Source: Fimbriosthenelais zetlandica (lineage: Eukaryota). Taken from it: DNA of 64,000 nt. The notes under the pieces were generated by a model. That model saw nothing but the letters and a program-made list of their open reading frames with translations. It did not search any database and had not been told where the DNA came from. Location of the stretch: contig OZ365112.1 in NCBI GenBank assembly GCA_977030845.1, positions 6,262,001-6,326,000 of the forward strand, read 5' to 3'. The position numbers and the translations under genes are program-made. Positions 1 through 14,748 of this stretch are shown here, one piece after another; position 1 is the first letter of the stretch, and the number at the start of each line of letters is the position of its first letter.

Positions 1-786
1 CAGCGAGTGTGTGTTCACTGCATGGTGAAACTAATTAATGACATGCCATGCCGCCCATCAAACTCTCCAAATGCTCAATAACTTCAGATTAAAACTAATT
101 GCCTCGCTCTGTATTTGTTGTGGTTTGTATTACTAAATGTAGGACACTCCATTTTGAATACGGCTATTGAAGTCCACCCAGACTTCATTGATCTTTCAAA
201 TGATTTATATACAATAAATCAATCGAGACATTCACATCACTGATGATATATCTATAGTGGCAGGTGTCCAAAGATCAGGTTCCTTCACCTTCTACCTTTT
301 GAGTAATTCTAGTTAAAATGACTTTCTCATATTGTAAAGTTCACACGCTCTTGGCGAGCAGTATACAAAAGATTATAGCCCCAGTAGGAGGGCTTGAAGG
401 CCACCTTGCCTTTGGACCATGTGTTTTATGACTATAGCCTAGGCGTGTGAGCTTCTTTCTCCATAACCTTTTCCATGGATTTACATACGAGCAGTCGACC
501 CCTACATGCAAGTGTGTTATCACCACCCATCATTCTATCAGCATACCAGCCCTGTGTCCCCGCCCGCCCTCCACCTATACCATGTCAAACCACAATCAAT
601 TCTAACTCACACTTTCATCGTTTTGTCAGCTCATCAAAACTTCATATGCATGAGGAATAGTCTGGTTTATAATAACATGTAGGTCAGGTGAATTTATGTT
701 AAGTCAGAGCAAACTGGGTTAAAATGACCAAAACTGCTTTGAATTAGTTGGAGGACTTGCTATGATAAAATCTTTATACTGGGAAG

Positions 787-2460
787 CTAAACACACTCAG
801 GACACTTGTAGAAAATGGCGAGAAGGTCCCTGGATGTTCTGATTCTCAGTAATTTAATCAGACCAATAGAAGCCAATAGAAGTGGGCCTGACACAAATCC
901 TAATTTTCTTATACTACTCCGAGTTACTCCAACCGACTTAACGCCATGGCCCAAGCCTCGCTGCAAGCTAGAGCTATTGGAATGTGGTGATGGCAGCAGT
1001 GGAGGTGGTGGTGGTGGTGGTTGGGGGACTCTTGAGATTCCTTGGGGATAAATCTTGGATTTGCGTGCAAGTTGAAAGTCAGATAAGGCAACATGATGAA
1101 ATAGCAGGTATAAAGAAGTGCTATTTTGTCTCCTTGACCTATCAAATACAGCTCTCTCTAACATGTGTTATATATTAGAAGCTACCAGACCATATGGTCA
1201 CATCTCTCAACTGATTTTTTCCCACAATTTATTAATTACAAAAGTGATTTTCACGCGCATTTTGTTTAAATACAAACTAATTTTCTTAAGCTGAAAACAC
1301 CCCTAAGACGATTAAGTATATTTCCTCCTGATAATGGTAAAGGGTAATTGGACCAGAATGTAAAGGCAATAATGAGTAATAATGGGTGGAAGGACCTTTT
1401 GGTGGCTTCGCTCCAGACAATGGACAAAGCAGACAATGTGAAAACAGATTACCTCGTGAATAAGATATGCGCGACACATACTTAAATCTTAGGATAATGA
1501 AGCAGTGCTTCTAAGCGTGTGGAGATAGATGGAAGGAGCAGCAGCAGAGAGGGGGTTAAGCTCAGCCCATTCAATGCTCCCAGTGAGGAACCACAGAGCT
1601 TCTGGATATAAACCGACATGAGAGATCTTCAATACAAAGCCAGTCATTTATTGAGAAGTCTATGTAGGTCTGTAGTACAATGGCCGATACATCCCTGCTG
1701 GGACGTGGAAGCAAATGATACCAGACGCCGTGTCTCTTTTATACCACCTCTTCCACTATAAGGCCAGACCAGTACCCTGATAGCAGCCAGCAAACATCCT
1801 GCAAACAAGGCCAGCTCAGGAACTTGTCAGAAACTGAAGCGGCCCATCATATTTTTCTCCCGGATCCAGGAAGCCAGAATCAATAACTGAGTGAGCTCCA
1901 TACACAATACCATGATATGGCCAGGTCCGTCCCAAGGAATCCTTCGATTACTCTGATATTTCTTTTACAGATATGTGGGCTGTGTGGATCAACCATGGTC
2001 TCATCTAGGGTCAATGTTTTTTCTCCTCAGTAAGCCAGATGGCCAGGGCATGGTTGTGTGCTTAGGTGAGTGGAAGACAGAAATTCAATGGAAAAGTTAT
2101 AAAACTTTCCACCGCCTTGTTTCCAGGCTGATAGAAGGGAGTATGTGAGTCCATGTATTTAGGGATGGTATTCTAGGAAAGCTTCCTATCGACCAGGGGC
2201 CAATCAAAGCGTCAGCAGATGACAAGGGCCATGCAAAAAAGATCAATGTAGCCCTTATGAAGTCTGCGCAAATTTACTCCTCTGGAATAGGGCAATAATT
2301 TCCAACCTCTTACTCAGAAGGTATAGCACAGACCTGGAGGGGATTGATATTGCGTATAATCTCATGGCTGTTTGGAAAATCCATTGCATGCAATAGGAGG
2401 CGATAAGCCATCTTAAACTCTTGAACCCGGATTAGTTATGGGAGGAAGATTGGCTCCCAA
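787..2460 (-). mobile_element. Decayed piggyBac-like transposase fragments (at least two, not colinear)
   Basis: GPLLLASIGLIKLLRIRTSRDLL resembles piggyBac GLLLLMGIIKLPRIRDYWS. GEKTLTLDETMV (about 1995-2026) resembles the first catalytic-Asp motif PGENLxIDExMV. Many stops and frameshifts. Confidence 0.5.
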
Positions 2461-5400
2461 ACATGCATAGAATGACGTGTACTGGGATTCTATGCACGGT
2501 TATCATTTCAGGAAATGATTATGAATCATATAGTGCAGCTGGCATGCACATGCGTGCTTAGATTATCAGTCATTGCCATCTAAATTGAATTGCTTTCTTT
2601 AAGTATTCAGCTCTGCTGGTAATATGTGTCCTATCTTAATGCCTGTCAGGGCAGACTACATTCCTACCACACACAACGCCATCTGACATATTCATAACGT
2701 GGCTGATTTGTAAGGAACGTTTGAGAGTGGAAAATAACTGAGGACATCAGTCATTGACAGGTGGAGTGGGAGGTGCCTGATGGTTTATATGTCAGTATCC
2801 AGGTCACATCTAGTAAAATGATACATCACATACAATGTCTAACATGTTACTGTATCACAGTATCATGTATTTTACCACTATTTTTAGAGGTATGTTTCTC
2901 AGAGCGGAATTCCAATACTTGGAAAGTGAAATAGATATCTGAAGGACACATTCCGATATTTAATTTAACTGTATATTAGAAATAGGAGAAAGCTGGGAAG
3001 AAATAGGTGAAAGATAGGAAAATAAAATGATATCACATAGGCCTATATTATCCGAGCCACAATGAAGTTAGTGAGCATCAACATGGTCCATCACTATTGG
3101 CAAAACAGGCGATTCTCCAAAAACCCTGCCAAAACCTACAATCGAACCCCTGCCATTTCCAAGCAATCAGGCCTGAAAAGAGATTTTCCTGACATGGGCT
3201 GCTTTCAAGATGCAAACTGCTATAACAGTTCCTTGGCTATTCTTAGCCATTACAGTCCTCCAGTTGCTATTATAGGCGGGCTGCTGCTCTCCCATCTGTG
3301 AGCACTTGGCTGCTTTCCAGGAGGGTACGGCCCCGAGTCATCCAACGCTTGCCCACCTATACAGGCGTGCTCTATAGGTATTGCTTAAGATCAATCAGGG
3401 TGCAGTCCATTACCCATCCATGCTTGGGCCTGTGTTTGGTAGGAAGACCAATAAGGCGCCAAGACTGCCTATAGTATAGTATAGACACAGTACCTTCCCC
3501 ACGACTCGAGATCCATCGGCGAAAAGCTTTAACTTCGTTATGCCTGCTCGCCACCATTCACATGTATCATTTAGCGAAGGGTTGCAGATTTTTGATTTGA
3601 TTGAAACTGGCATGAATACATTGTTTGGCCAACATCTTTCGCCAACTAAGCTGAATGATTTGGTTTCACAGAGGCACTGCTCTTACCATGATTAGGTTAT
3701 CTGCTCACAAAGCAAGGAAGGCTTTATGTAACTCCCTTTTATGCAAAGGCATAATATGGCTTCACTATTTCCTTTTGCTCCAGCACTGTATGGAAAAATA
3801 CTATGGCGTAAAATGAGAATATCAGCCTTTTTTGGCTTGTAACAGTAACCCAAATTGACATCAAATCATGTATAAACATGTAATATGAACATTAAAGTCA
3901 TGAATTCTTCTCCTCAGAGAATATTTTGGCTTTTGTTAGTAAGTGCAGAAGGAATGAGCTATTGAAGGATGGACAAACATTATCACACAATGTGCTAAAA
4001 GACATTACAAGCCAATTATGAGGAGATCTTCATTAGGCTTTGCTTTGTTAGGAATAATTCATTGGGAAAAGTTTGCTAACTGCCATAACGTCTCAACATG
4101 AAAGGGACTGCTCTCTATTAACTATTCCTTTCATGTGTCACTTTTTAAACTTCAGCTCCTAATTGATTTAAACCCGGGTGGTAATTACAGCTTTTTCGTC
4201 TTCGTCTCAGCATAGATTACCATTATTATTTCATTATGATTCCAACAAAATCAGTTTATCTAAAGGGCTCAAAAGGAAAGGAGCGGACCAAACTGCCTCA
4301 AGCGCTCCTTGTCCTGCTCTGTAAAAAGGAGCTGATGTTATTATGCTCAGCCATTGAACAGAAGCTCCCATAAAACGAAGGAAGCTTCTACAGCTAATCA
4401 GTCTTAGAACTTATACAAGTATTATGCATGCTGCTCAGTTTAAAAAAAGAACAAAGCAGGCTCTAGACTGTCAACAGGAGACTTCCACATTGATTCGCAA
4501 TATGGTAAATGTTGCCAAGTGAAAACCAAAAATCAATACATGTATAAAAGAAAGGGGTACTGATTAGGCCCAATGATTATATGACGTGAAATGTAACTTT
4601 CTGTCAATTGCAAGATCAAGGAACTTGACAAATGTGGAAGGGATATTACATATTCATTTCCATGGCAATATAAAGTGGGTTCAGATTAAAAGTTGTGACT
4701 TTGGACCAGGCACTGTCACCAAGTGAAGACAGCTAAGTTCCATCACATTAATCATCTTGTACAATTCGCTTCACATCACTTTTTATGACAGCAACGTGTC
4801 ACAACGCCAATTCCCCGTCCGTGGATATGACCAAAAACCCTATATATAGCCCTAATTAACGTCACGGCAAAAAATCCCCGTGGGTGGCGCCTGATTATAA
4901 TGATTCTTATTGACGTGCAAGGTGGTAAAGAAAAGTACCAGGTATAGTGGGAGGGAGAAGAGAAGCTTGACAATTCTTATCATTCAGACTACATGCTGAC
5001 ATCTGAGTTGACACAGGGTTTGAATTACCTTCCCCCGGGAAAACACTCGATAATACCAGTGAGAAAGAAGCACTGACTCAACAGCCCATTGTCACCCGTA
5101 ATGGCGCCTCCTTCAAGCTTGATAACAGTACCATTTTCAGCTCTTCAAGCTTGAATGGCAATGAGGGAAAACGCTGGCTGCGAATAACAATAGAAATATG
5201 CCATTAATCATTAGGAATAAAAGCTAGTATGGCCTATTCTGTGTGGCAGGGCTTTTCCTGTTGGTGATAGCCTAGTGTGGCGCGCTAATCATGCGGAAAC
5301 GTGGAGAGGAGCGACTAGGCTGGATCCTCTCGCATGGCCAGCGACATCCCGTGCCGCTTCACATGTGATGAGGACCATTTGCCCACTGATGAAGTTAGAT

Positions 5401-5522
5401 GCTACCTCCATACATGTTCACCTGGCCGCCATTGGAAAAAATGAATGGATTATGTCTGACGATATTGCCTTAACCGATTCATTCAGGCTTAAGTAATTAT
5501 CAAAATACATGACTGTTCACAG

Positions 5523-5867
5523 GACCAATAATTTTCTGAAATATTTTAGTAGGAAATATTGCAATGAACCATTGCATTTGAATTTAAAAAGTTCATTTTG
5601 TTATTTCCCTTGATAAACAGCTTAGTGTTTCTATAATTAACAGAAACATAACTTCCGTATGGGATGGTAAGGTTTTCCTGACACGACCAACAATTTTCTG
5701 AAAATTTTAGTAGAAAATATTTAAATGAACCATTCATTGCATCTGGATTTAAAAAGTTCATTTTGTTATTTCCCTTGATAAACAACTCTGTGTTCTATAA
5801 CAGAATCATAACTTCCGAGTGATAAAGCATAGGAAGCTGGGAGCTGTAAAGGTATGGGATGGTAAGG
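5523..5867. repeat. Imperfect tandem duplication of about 150 bp
   Basis: gaccaa(t/c)aattttctgaa...tcccttgataaac...cataacttccg occurs at 5523 and 5685; gtatgggatggtaagg recurs at 5852. Confidence 0.85.
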
Positions 5868-7118
5868 TTGAAGGGGATATATGATTAAACGAAGCTGATA
5901 CGGCATCTCTTGAGCTTTGAAGGTCAATGCCTGAAAGGCATGGAATGAGAGACACCATGGAGGTGGGAGAGACCTGGGTGGTGGGCTGGAGGCTAGAGGA
6001 GTCAACCATCACCATCAAAGACCACCAACTGCTTCCAGTCACATAGGCTACGTATGACGGGTGGGCAACTACAAGGGGTAGAGAGTGAGAGAAGTTGAAA
6101 GGCAACTAAATAAAACATTGGGAGTCCATTTGCCAATTCCCCTGGTGAGATTGATTAAAGCAGTGTAGGCTTTGATGTGCTGTTTCTTCATGTGACACCT
6201 TAATCTAGGACGTGAGCAGATAATCCTGGCAACTTCCACTTTGGTCTATTCATGGCCGTGCACATTTAAAATATCAGGGATAAACATAGAGTGGGAATGG
6301 GAGAGAGGAGGTGAGGACATTATGAGGATCGCATTTCTTCGCCTCTGATTTCCTAAATTCTTAGCATTTTCCTGATCTGGAGACAATCAATATAAACAGT
6401 CTGGAAGCTAAGTCCCAAGACTAAGCCAGGATTGACAGAGGATATCCTACAGTCCATGCATGCATTCTATACTGTTGTATATCAAAGGGAATACATAAAT
6501 ACCAAACTTATTTCCATATTTTTCCCCAGAATATCTTACGGACAATCAGTTTTAAATGACGCACATTGACGTATTGATCGTCAATTTGAGGGGATGTAAC
6601 TTGGGATTGACATATATCTGATGTGGACCAAATAATAGCCTCTCAGAAGTAGCAGGCAGCCCATGGACATAGCCCTAAGCCCCACTTGACCCAGTAAAGT
6701 AAGGTTATCCATGTTCAATACAGCCCCGATGGAAAGTTGGCCAAAGCATATAGGAGTTCGATACACATTTCTGCTGTGTCCGGGCGAGTGTACCGTGCTT
6801 CAGAAACTATATGGTTCAATAAAGAACACTGTCATTTACTTTTTCTTCACGATATTATCGACCAACATGGCTATTCTCCGTCGGGTTTTACCTCCTTCCC
6901 TTCTCTCCTCACTTTAAACTTAATATGGCTGATGCTTATGGTGTGAGTAAGGGCCCGCTGTTTACCCATGTTCTCTGGCAGGCCATGGCAGTGTGAAAGG
7001 CCCAGCCAGCGATTACTCATCGATTTCCATTTGGGCTGAGTAGGATTATAGCAGATCATAGGAGGTGATAACGCCAAGCCCATTCAATAGCGAGGTGCGG
7101 CCACTTCAAAGTAAACAT

Positions 7119-7335
7119 CAACTGTTAGAGAAGATAGAGAGAGATGAAGAAAGGGAGAGATGGAGATGGGAAGATGGTGAAGGAGAGGGCATGAGGAGAC
7201 AGATAGTGGGGATTAGAAGATGGAGAGGAAGTAGAGAGTATGGGGAAACGATAGGGGCTGAGGCAGGGAGAGGAGGCAAGAGATGTAAGGAGAGAGGTAA
7301 GCGAAGAGAAAGATGGACAGGGAAAAAAGAAAAAC
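7119..7335 (+). repeat. Purine-rich (GA) low-complexity tract
   Basis: Mostly G/A (agagaagatagagagagatgaagaaagggagaga...). Confidence 0.75.
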
Positions 7336-7999
7336 ATAGGGCACCAACTCTCTCCTAACCCCCACGCTCCTCATTTTACGGATCTCTGATGACGTGAAAG
7401 GCAAATTACTGCACCCAAACTCCTCCACTGTTAACATAGGCAGGAGAGTACAGAGGGTTCCGTCTGGTCCGCCATAGAGTGCCAACTTCTGCCCCCTACT
7501 ATAGGTGCACACTGGTGTATGTAGGTACGTATTACAGGATGAGAGGGCGTGGCAGCATGCCCCAACCTACCCCAGCCTCGCTTCCTACTCTGCTGTTATG
7601 ATGGGACAAATTGGAAATGGTGCGATAATGAAAGAGCCCAAAGTTAGAAATATATAGTTCCCGGACAGAGACGGATGTAAGTGCAGAGAGGTCGGGGGAA
7701 ACAGAGTACAGCACCCAGCTTAAGTATCAGGGAAAATGGTGTTTTCCTCCAACTATCAATGACTGACTACAAGGGTGGATGCTCACAAGTTCAGCATTGT
7801 CCTTGGTAAAGAGTGGAACTTCAGAGTAAATGGCTAAACTTTCCGGAGATGATTTAAGCATATTGTCTTCCATAATTATAATACTGTCTCTTCAGGGATA
7901 TTTTTGTGCAGTAAATAGTAATATTTGTCAATAGACCTCCGTCCAGAGATGATGTTTTTCAGTAGAATGGCTATTATAAAGTGAGTTGATTAGAATATA

Positions 8000-9350
8000 T
8001 AGCGCGCTGCCAGCCAGCAGAAGCTTGCCTTATGCATGCCTAATACAAGGAAAATTAATTCCTTTTCAAAGAGTCTCTGGACTCTTTATGACATGAGGCC
8101 ATTCATTCCACTGACAGTAATGCCTGATTTCCAAGTCTCATAAATACCAAGACATCTATAGACCCAGCAACTACATGCTCCCACTCCGCCACTGAATACA
8201 CTCGCTCTACCGAGTAAGTGTGAAATATGCATATCACACATTTGCATACTTATACAAAGCATTATTTATAGCTCCCTGCTCCCCCCATAAGCCACCTCGC
8301 TCATCATATCCACACAGCTTTAATTGTTCCTGACACGCACATATAAGCATCTCATATCACTAATTTCATTTCTCCTCGTGTGAACTCCTTGATTGATATG
8401 ATGGCAAAGATGGATCTTATTTAGATTACCTATTTCCATCATTAAATCGCCTTGTCAGAATTAATAAGCATGCTAAACCCGATGGTTAAAACGTGGTCTA
8501 TGGATGGGATATTAGTGGAGAATGATATCCACTGGTAAGACAAGATTTGCATCAATTGATATGGTAGCTTTATATTAAACAGCAGAGTCATAGAGATATA
8601 ATTTATCCACAGATAAAAAACATTAGATCTACACTATTAGACAAGATATATCTTAGGACTTTGGACAAAGTCTGAAGTTTAAAATCAATGTGAAAAGGAC
8701 ATTAATCATCTCTGAGATAAAAGTAAATAATAGGGCACGTGATATTGACATGTGGAAGTCATTCTCGAGTAATGATAATACTCGAGTATAGACAAGGTAG
8801 ACCCATCTTGACTGATTTATCAAGTCTTCACTTATTAAACTGTCCCACCCATCTCAACCCTGCCCTTTGTTATATAGTAAGCCCAATTTTCTGCAGCCAT
8901 ATGTTGGAGTGCTTTGTAGGCAGTCTAAGCATCTGGACTTGATGAGGATAACTTGGAAGATACATGGGCGAGAACCACAGGGGCTGGAGTAGCATAGATC
9001 ACCAGCTAATGATTTACAGGTGTTTCTAACACACGTGGCGGGTAGGAAGCAGGGGAGACCATGGAGGAAGGCCGTCACTGTACATTGCCGCCCCATCCCC
9101 AACAGCCAATATCTTATAATTGTGATCGATTCAGAAGGGCTTTGACCATCTTTTTACGGGGAATATACTGAATATAATCTTCATGACGATGTTATGAAAA
9201 GGAAGGAGTATTTTGTTGGGAGGATTTTTCAGCAGCACTCGTGTAATCAAGAACCCTTTCTTGTCCAATAAATGGAAGAATCGAGAGAAAAATATCAAAG
9301 GAATTTTGAATGATCCATTGATAATATAATGATCTCAGAGAATCTGAGAA
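8000..9350 (-). mobile_element. Decayed L1/Tx1-like endonuclease relic
   Basis: LVIYATP and WVGQFN in the order expected for APE motifs NIYAPN and GGDFN; heavily degenerate. Confidence 0.3.
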
Positions 9351-12329
9351 ATCCCCAAATAATGATTAAAGTGGATCAGCATATTATATATAATAGCTGC
9401 GTTGGGAAGAAGGCATTTTGTTGGGAGAACTGAAAAGTTTTCTACGCACTTTCACCTGAAAGAAGATTGGCTAAGGTCATTTTTTTCAAGTGCCCTAGGA
9501 ACCTAATGCGAAGTGACAGGACTTTCGCTGAGCGCACCAAAACGTACACGGGGAAATACCAATACTTGGTAATTAGTTGTGAGTGGAAGTTTTCATCTGC
9601 ACCTGACTGTGATACTGCTCACATCTACTCAGCCAAGCTCGGTACATAGAGCCTAGTGAGCAGCTCCACCATCTCACTATACTTGTAGATTCCAGCCAGT
9701 TTGGCTCCTGTCATCGCCATATGTTCTACCATTTACAGTACACGCTCCAGACACCAACCAGCCAGCTGTTTCTTTAGGATCAACTCAAATGACAAATTAT
9801 TCTTTTAAAGACTATATGTCCCCATTTTAACCATTAATAATTATGAAGGAATTCTAGCTATACTGCATTAGCAGTTGTATACTTAACTGACTGATATGAG
9901 ATAATAAGAATTTACATGGGGACACTTTCCGATTGTTTTAAACAATATCTAAACAAAGCCCCGAATCTAATAAATGTCAGGAAATACAGGAATTGAATAA
10001 TTTGATGTGTAAAAGGAGTCTAAGGGCTCATAATTTCACGGGAAACTAATATGTGAGATGACATTTACAAGGATTGTCCTTGAATGTGATAAGGTCAGTT
10101 TTACACTGTTAGAAATATGAATGAATTGGAGACTTCAGTGAGTAGTGCGACAAAGGACCAAAAGGGGACAGGTTCAATGTAACACCTCCACCTGTCAATA
10201 ACTCAATGAACTAACCCTCTACATGACTGGAGCATAATTGAAAGGCTTTATCATGAAACATAGGATTAGACAAGCGATACATTTCTGCAACTTGCACATT
10301 GCATAACACTGTTTGAGAGAGACGTTGACTAACAGTGTAGTCCATGTTTCTTATTGCTCATTGTAGGAGCAGCAGCAGCTGCATCAAGTAACTCCCCCTC
10401 ATCATGAATATGGTAAAATAATCAAATAAGGCCATTTCTTCCTCGCTTCATATCACAGTATACCGCCCCGGCCATAAAGAATAGTCATACACAGACAGCA
10501 TACTGTTATTCCACGATATATGGGAGAGATGCTCCTCCTTGAGGAACTAGCCTTAGGCCCTTAACTCTTGTCAGATTCTGGAGATAAGAATTTACAAAAT
10601 AAATGCAGAAATGACCTCTATTTCAATGTGATTTATATTATTACAGTGTCTTATATTGTGATCAGGAAACCTTAGGAAGACCGGGCTGTGTCCCGATAAG
10701 ATTTGCATAGGGCTATTTTTCCTATCCTCCTGTATATAAATAGATTAAATTAAAAAAAATAAAACGACTCCAATGTATGTACAAGGGATTTATCTAACTA
10801 CATTTAATATGGGCAATTATCTTCTAACATCTTCTTTTGTAAGATGGGAGTATCAGACAGATCTAGGACGGACAGAGGAGCTCAATTTCACCATTGTCAT
10901 TGCAGTAGAAAGCAAGCATCTCCCGACCCTCCCTGGATCCACTTTCATGTGGTCTAGGTACATGTATATAGGACATCATGTAGATCGCATGTAAGTTGGG
11001 CGTGACTTTAAGTTTCAACCCCTTGATTTATTGGAGCTACTCACATATAGGTGGGATATATGGATGAGCAGTTGGGAGGGGAGTTATAGATTCAATCTCC
11101 ACCTTTCACTATTGCATCTATACACTTAATAGCCGACTTCTCTAGGCATGCCAGTTAAATGGTGGGTCATCTTAGAGAAGCTGGATCTTAATTCAAGGGG
11201 ATCATTCATAGATCCTTCTTAAAATGCTCTACAGTTGCTCCCAAGGGTCAACTGGTTAAAAATTGATCCACAAGTCTATTTCTGTCTGCTCCAGTTTTGC
11301 AGGTGCATCTGTTGAGAAGCCTGATGCTGAATAAGAATCTCTAATGGCGGTACAAATAATCTCTGAGTGGAAATATGAAGAAAAATAAAGTGTGAATAAT
11401 GTTATCCTGTCTCTTCATCCCAAACAATGGATCTTCCGTTTTACAACCCAGAAAGGCTGCTAATAGGAAACAAGACATGCTTTGAAAAGGTCAAGACATG
11501 GCAACTTAGAAAAAGACATCATAGTCTTAGCTAGCCCAACAAGGTAAAGGATGGGCCAGAATAGCGCAAAATCTCACTGTCACAAAGGAGAAAAAAATAT
11601 TCTGAAGGATAATGTTGCAAGAGCAAAGGTTTTTTACTTTGTTTATTGCCCTTTGCAACTCGTGAGATTTGATGCCATATTTGGAGATATGAGATTTCAG
11701 TTTTTCTCACAATGTACTTGAAATTAATCAGCTGTGATAAAATGTTTTTTCAATTTCCATTATAGAATCACGCCATTTTAGTGAAGGCAATTTTCAATTC
11801 AGCTTGAAAACCTACTCCCCAATGATAGACTCGGAAGCCCTTTCCAATATGATAAGCATCAGGTAGGTGAATGACATGATACAATGCTACTCATATCATT
11901 TTTTAAACGAGAGTATTCATTTTCTGCGAAGAAAAAAGCGGTGCGCAATGGGGAAGCACAGCAAATTACCAAGAGCATGATATTGCATGGCTACCTGCAT
12001 GTCATGAGATTGCTCTGACACCGTAAATACAAGCAGTAACATGTACAAATGCATATATATAGATGGAAAATGTTACAATTTTTGAACACACAATTTAAAA
12101 CTACAGGGGTCTCATATCAATTTGACAATCTGATTACAAACCATCCACTTAATGTATATAAAAATCACACAACCCACACAAAACGCACTTGAAATAACCT
12201 GATGTTATTACAATATATTAATAAATTTCCAGCCTGAAATATTAGAGGAAATTTGAATAATGGTAATATCTCACGTTTTGTTTATTGATAGCCTAACTTA
12301 TAAAATGAGGAAGATTAAGGGAAATGAAT

Positions 12330-13200
12330 TAATATCGCAAAGTAAAGGGAAACTCTGGTCTGACATGATGTATACAGTTTCATCAGGGCTCGCTATGACA
12401 GGGATACATGCTGATTGTGATTCTGTACAGGAATACTTTCCTTCTGGCACAGAAACTCGATCCAATATGGCACACATTCATACATGGCCTGCATTCTGTC
12501 AAAGGATCATCTGTTGTTTTACCAAGGGTTATATAATAGCAAATTTGTACAGAAGTAAGCATGGTTAAAGGACTAATCTCAGCAAGCAACTAATGCATTT
12601 ACATTAGTACTTTTTTTAATTTCAATGCCTGCAGGAGTTTTAAAGTAGGGCTGATAAAAGGCGCATACACGCATGATGGAGTGAAGTGGGAGTAGGCCTA
12701 TACATGTGCATGGGAGTGATGGTGCAGGTTTTTCACTTCCCCAGCAAAATTAATGTATACCAGAGAAAGAAAGGTCACCAATTGCCTCCATACGCCTGGG
12801 GCCCCAAGTCACTGGAGGAAAACTTCTCCAGGGGCTCCCAGCTCGATCCACACCGAATTATCCCGGAGAGTCCTCCATCGGGGGGCGCCCCTGTACTGGG
12901 TCATCTAATATCAGCCAGTGTGACCACATAAGCTGGCAATCTCAGGCAGGATTCACTGTAAATGAAACCGACTTCACACCTATACCACCCGCATGCATTT
13001 GATAACCAATAAGGTGCCATACAATCGCCAATCGGGCGTTTCCATTGGTCGCCACATCGGGATTTGGCAGTAAGCCCAGTGGTGGAGTAGAGAGGAGGCG
13101 ATGGGGAGGGATGGAGAGAGATGGAGACTGGAAGGCAAGCACAGCTTTATAAACACGTTCCAATCGGAAGGCAATTAGCACCAGCGATGGAAATCAGGGC
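12330..13200 (-). mobile_element. Decayed piggyBac-like fragment including a C-terminal Cys-rich domain
   Basis: W..FPPVT..RMEAIGDLLSL, then CMNVCHIGSSFCARRKVFLY...PCHSEP..CIHH, resembling the piggyBac CRD; interrupted by stops. Confidence 0.35.
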
Positions 13201-14672
13201 TGGCTGTATTGGACAATTCACTAAGGGAGATTCACAAGTGGAACTCGGAAAAGCAAGCGCTGCCACTCGGGGCTGAAGGATTATGTGTAGGATATCTCAT
13301 CTTCATATATCTAAACCTACTATAGATGGCAAGTGCATCATAAATAAAATTACCCCACAAGACCAACAAAAATCTTAATAATTTAACCTTAAAATCTGGG
13401 GAATATTTCAGAGGAAACACCTCATCCTGCTATAGGACACTGAGGGCATTTAAATTGCCACACAAATTGCCCTGAAAGAAAGAATTATTAATTTTAGGCC
13501 TATATATCTACAGGCCTAGGCCTGCGGTAGGCCTAGGTCAGTTTAGGCCTAAATTTATGTACCTGGTATAGGCCGAAATTCTGCAATGATTTCCTCCAGA
13601 TTATTCTATATTGAATACAATGAAGGGATTATATAAGCATGCCTCATCTTTACCATATATGGATTATCCAGTCTTATACATAATCTAATTATACAGTGTA
13701 TGACATGATGTATTATTTCCCCATGGCCACATAACCCCCACACATAACTAGCTGGGTCATGGCCTGTAAATGAGGGACCTGTGTGTCACTCACCTGACCC
13801 ACTAGTACAGAACCCCCCTGACTTATTAGTGGTGATGAAAGAGCAGCTCATTCCATATATCATCCTTATACCATGTAGCCTATTATAGGCCTAGGCCTAG
13901 GCCTACTGAAACTCACATCTACACATATGGTTAAATCTTCTCGCCTTATCAACTACAACATTGATAGGCCTTAAAATATTTGATAAACAAAATAAAGGTC
14001 TACAGTCTAGGCCCTATCTGTAGGGGCCTAGCCATTAGGCCTAAGCCTTGGTAAAGATGGATACTCCGCATGTCTATATAGTAAGTAGTAGTAGGGGCCT
14101 TAATTACAGCACATGCAAGTCCATTTATATTGAGTGTATTAAGACATTTAAAAGCTTGGGGTGGTGATAAATATTTCTTTTTGTTATCTACAGAATTCAG
14201 GTTTTAAAGTGAGTCGTATTAAAGGAGACTATCTATCATAATGTAGGCCTCAGGGGCCCTAGCCCTAGGCATCTATAGTATAATAGGCCTTGGGCCGTTG
14301 GGGCCTACAGATCGGATATGGGGAATTTAAAAATGGCTGGGGTAAACAGGCGCTTTGTTTTGACTACAGGCAACCTGAAAACCCGGAGTTTCCCACCCTT
14401 CCCCAAACTCATGATTCGGTTAAAGATGTTCTTAACAACAATCAAACATTTCTAATGGATATTTCTGGCCTGTTTATGTCAGGGGGAAGGAGCTGGACAG
14501 AGAGAAATCTCCGATACTTCAGTCCGTGTATTGGGTCCCACCAGCGGCATCGCTAAGAGCTGCAGCAACCTGCACCCCACCCCACAAACAGTGCTCCACT
14601 AAATACCCAAAAACTGAGTCTTTACACTGGAAAGGCTCCTCACAAGTTTGTATATCACTTAAGGGTACTTAC

Positions 14673-14748
14673 CTCGTCCAATTTGTGATGATAAAACTCC
14701 AATGAATAGTAAAATGGTGGTAGGATTCAGCCGCTCATCACAAGCCAT
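14673..14748 (-). CDS. Putative first coding exon of an unidentified divergent gene, signal-peptide-like (MACDERLNPTTILLFIGVLSSQIGR)
   Basis: ATG in ccaacATGgc context; 76 nt ending in consensus donor GAG|GTAAGT (phase 1); hydrophobic stretch TILLFIGVL. No downstream exon identified in the window. Confidence 0.5.

Noticed and set aside
4910-4985. Chromodomain-like fragment (GGKEKYQV*WEGEEKLDNS)
   Set aside because: Short, contains a stop, and has no supporting context.
11140-11362. Candidate - strand exon with a strong polypyrimidine acceptor
   Set aside because: All three frames hit stop codons before a usable donor.
13794-13880. Candidate second exon of the divergent - strand gene (good CAG|GTGAGT donor)
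   Set aside because: The available acceptor gives a stop in the phase-1 frame, and it is purine-rich and embedded in TAGGCCTA motifs.
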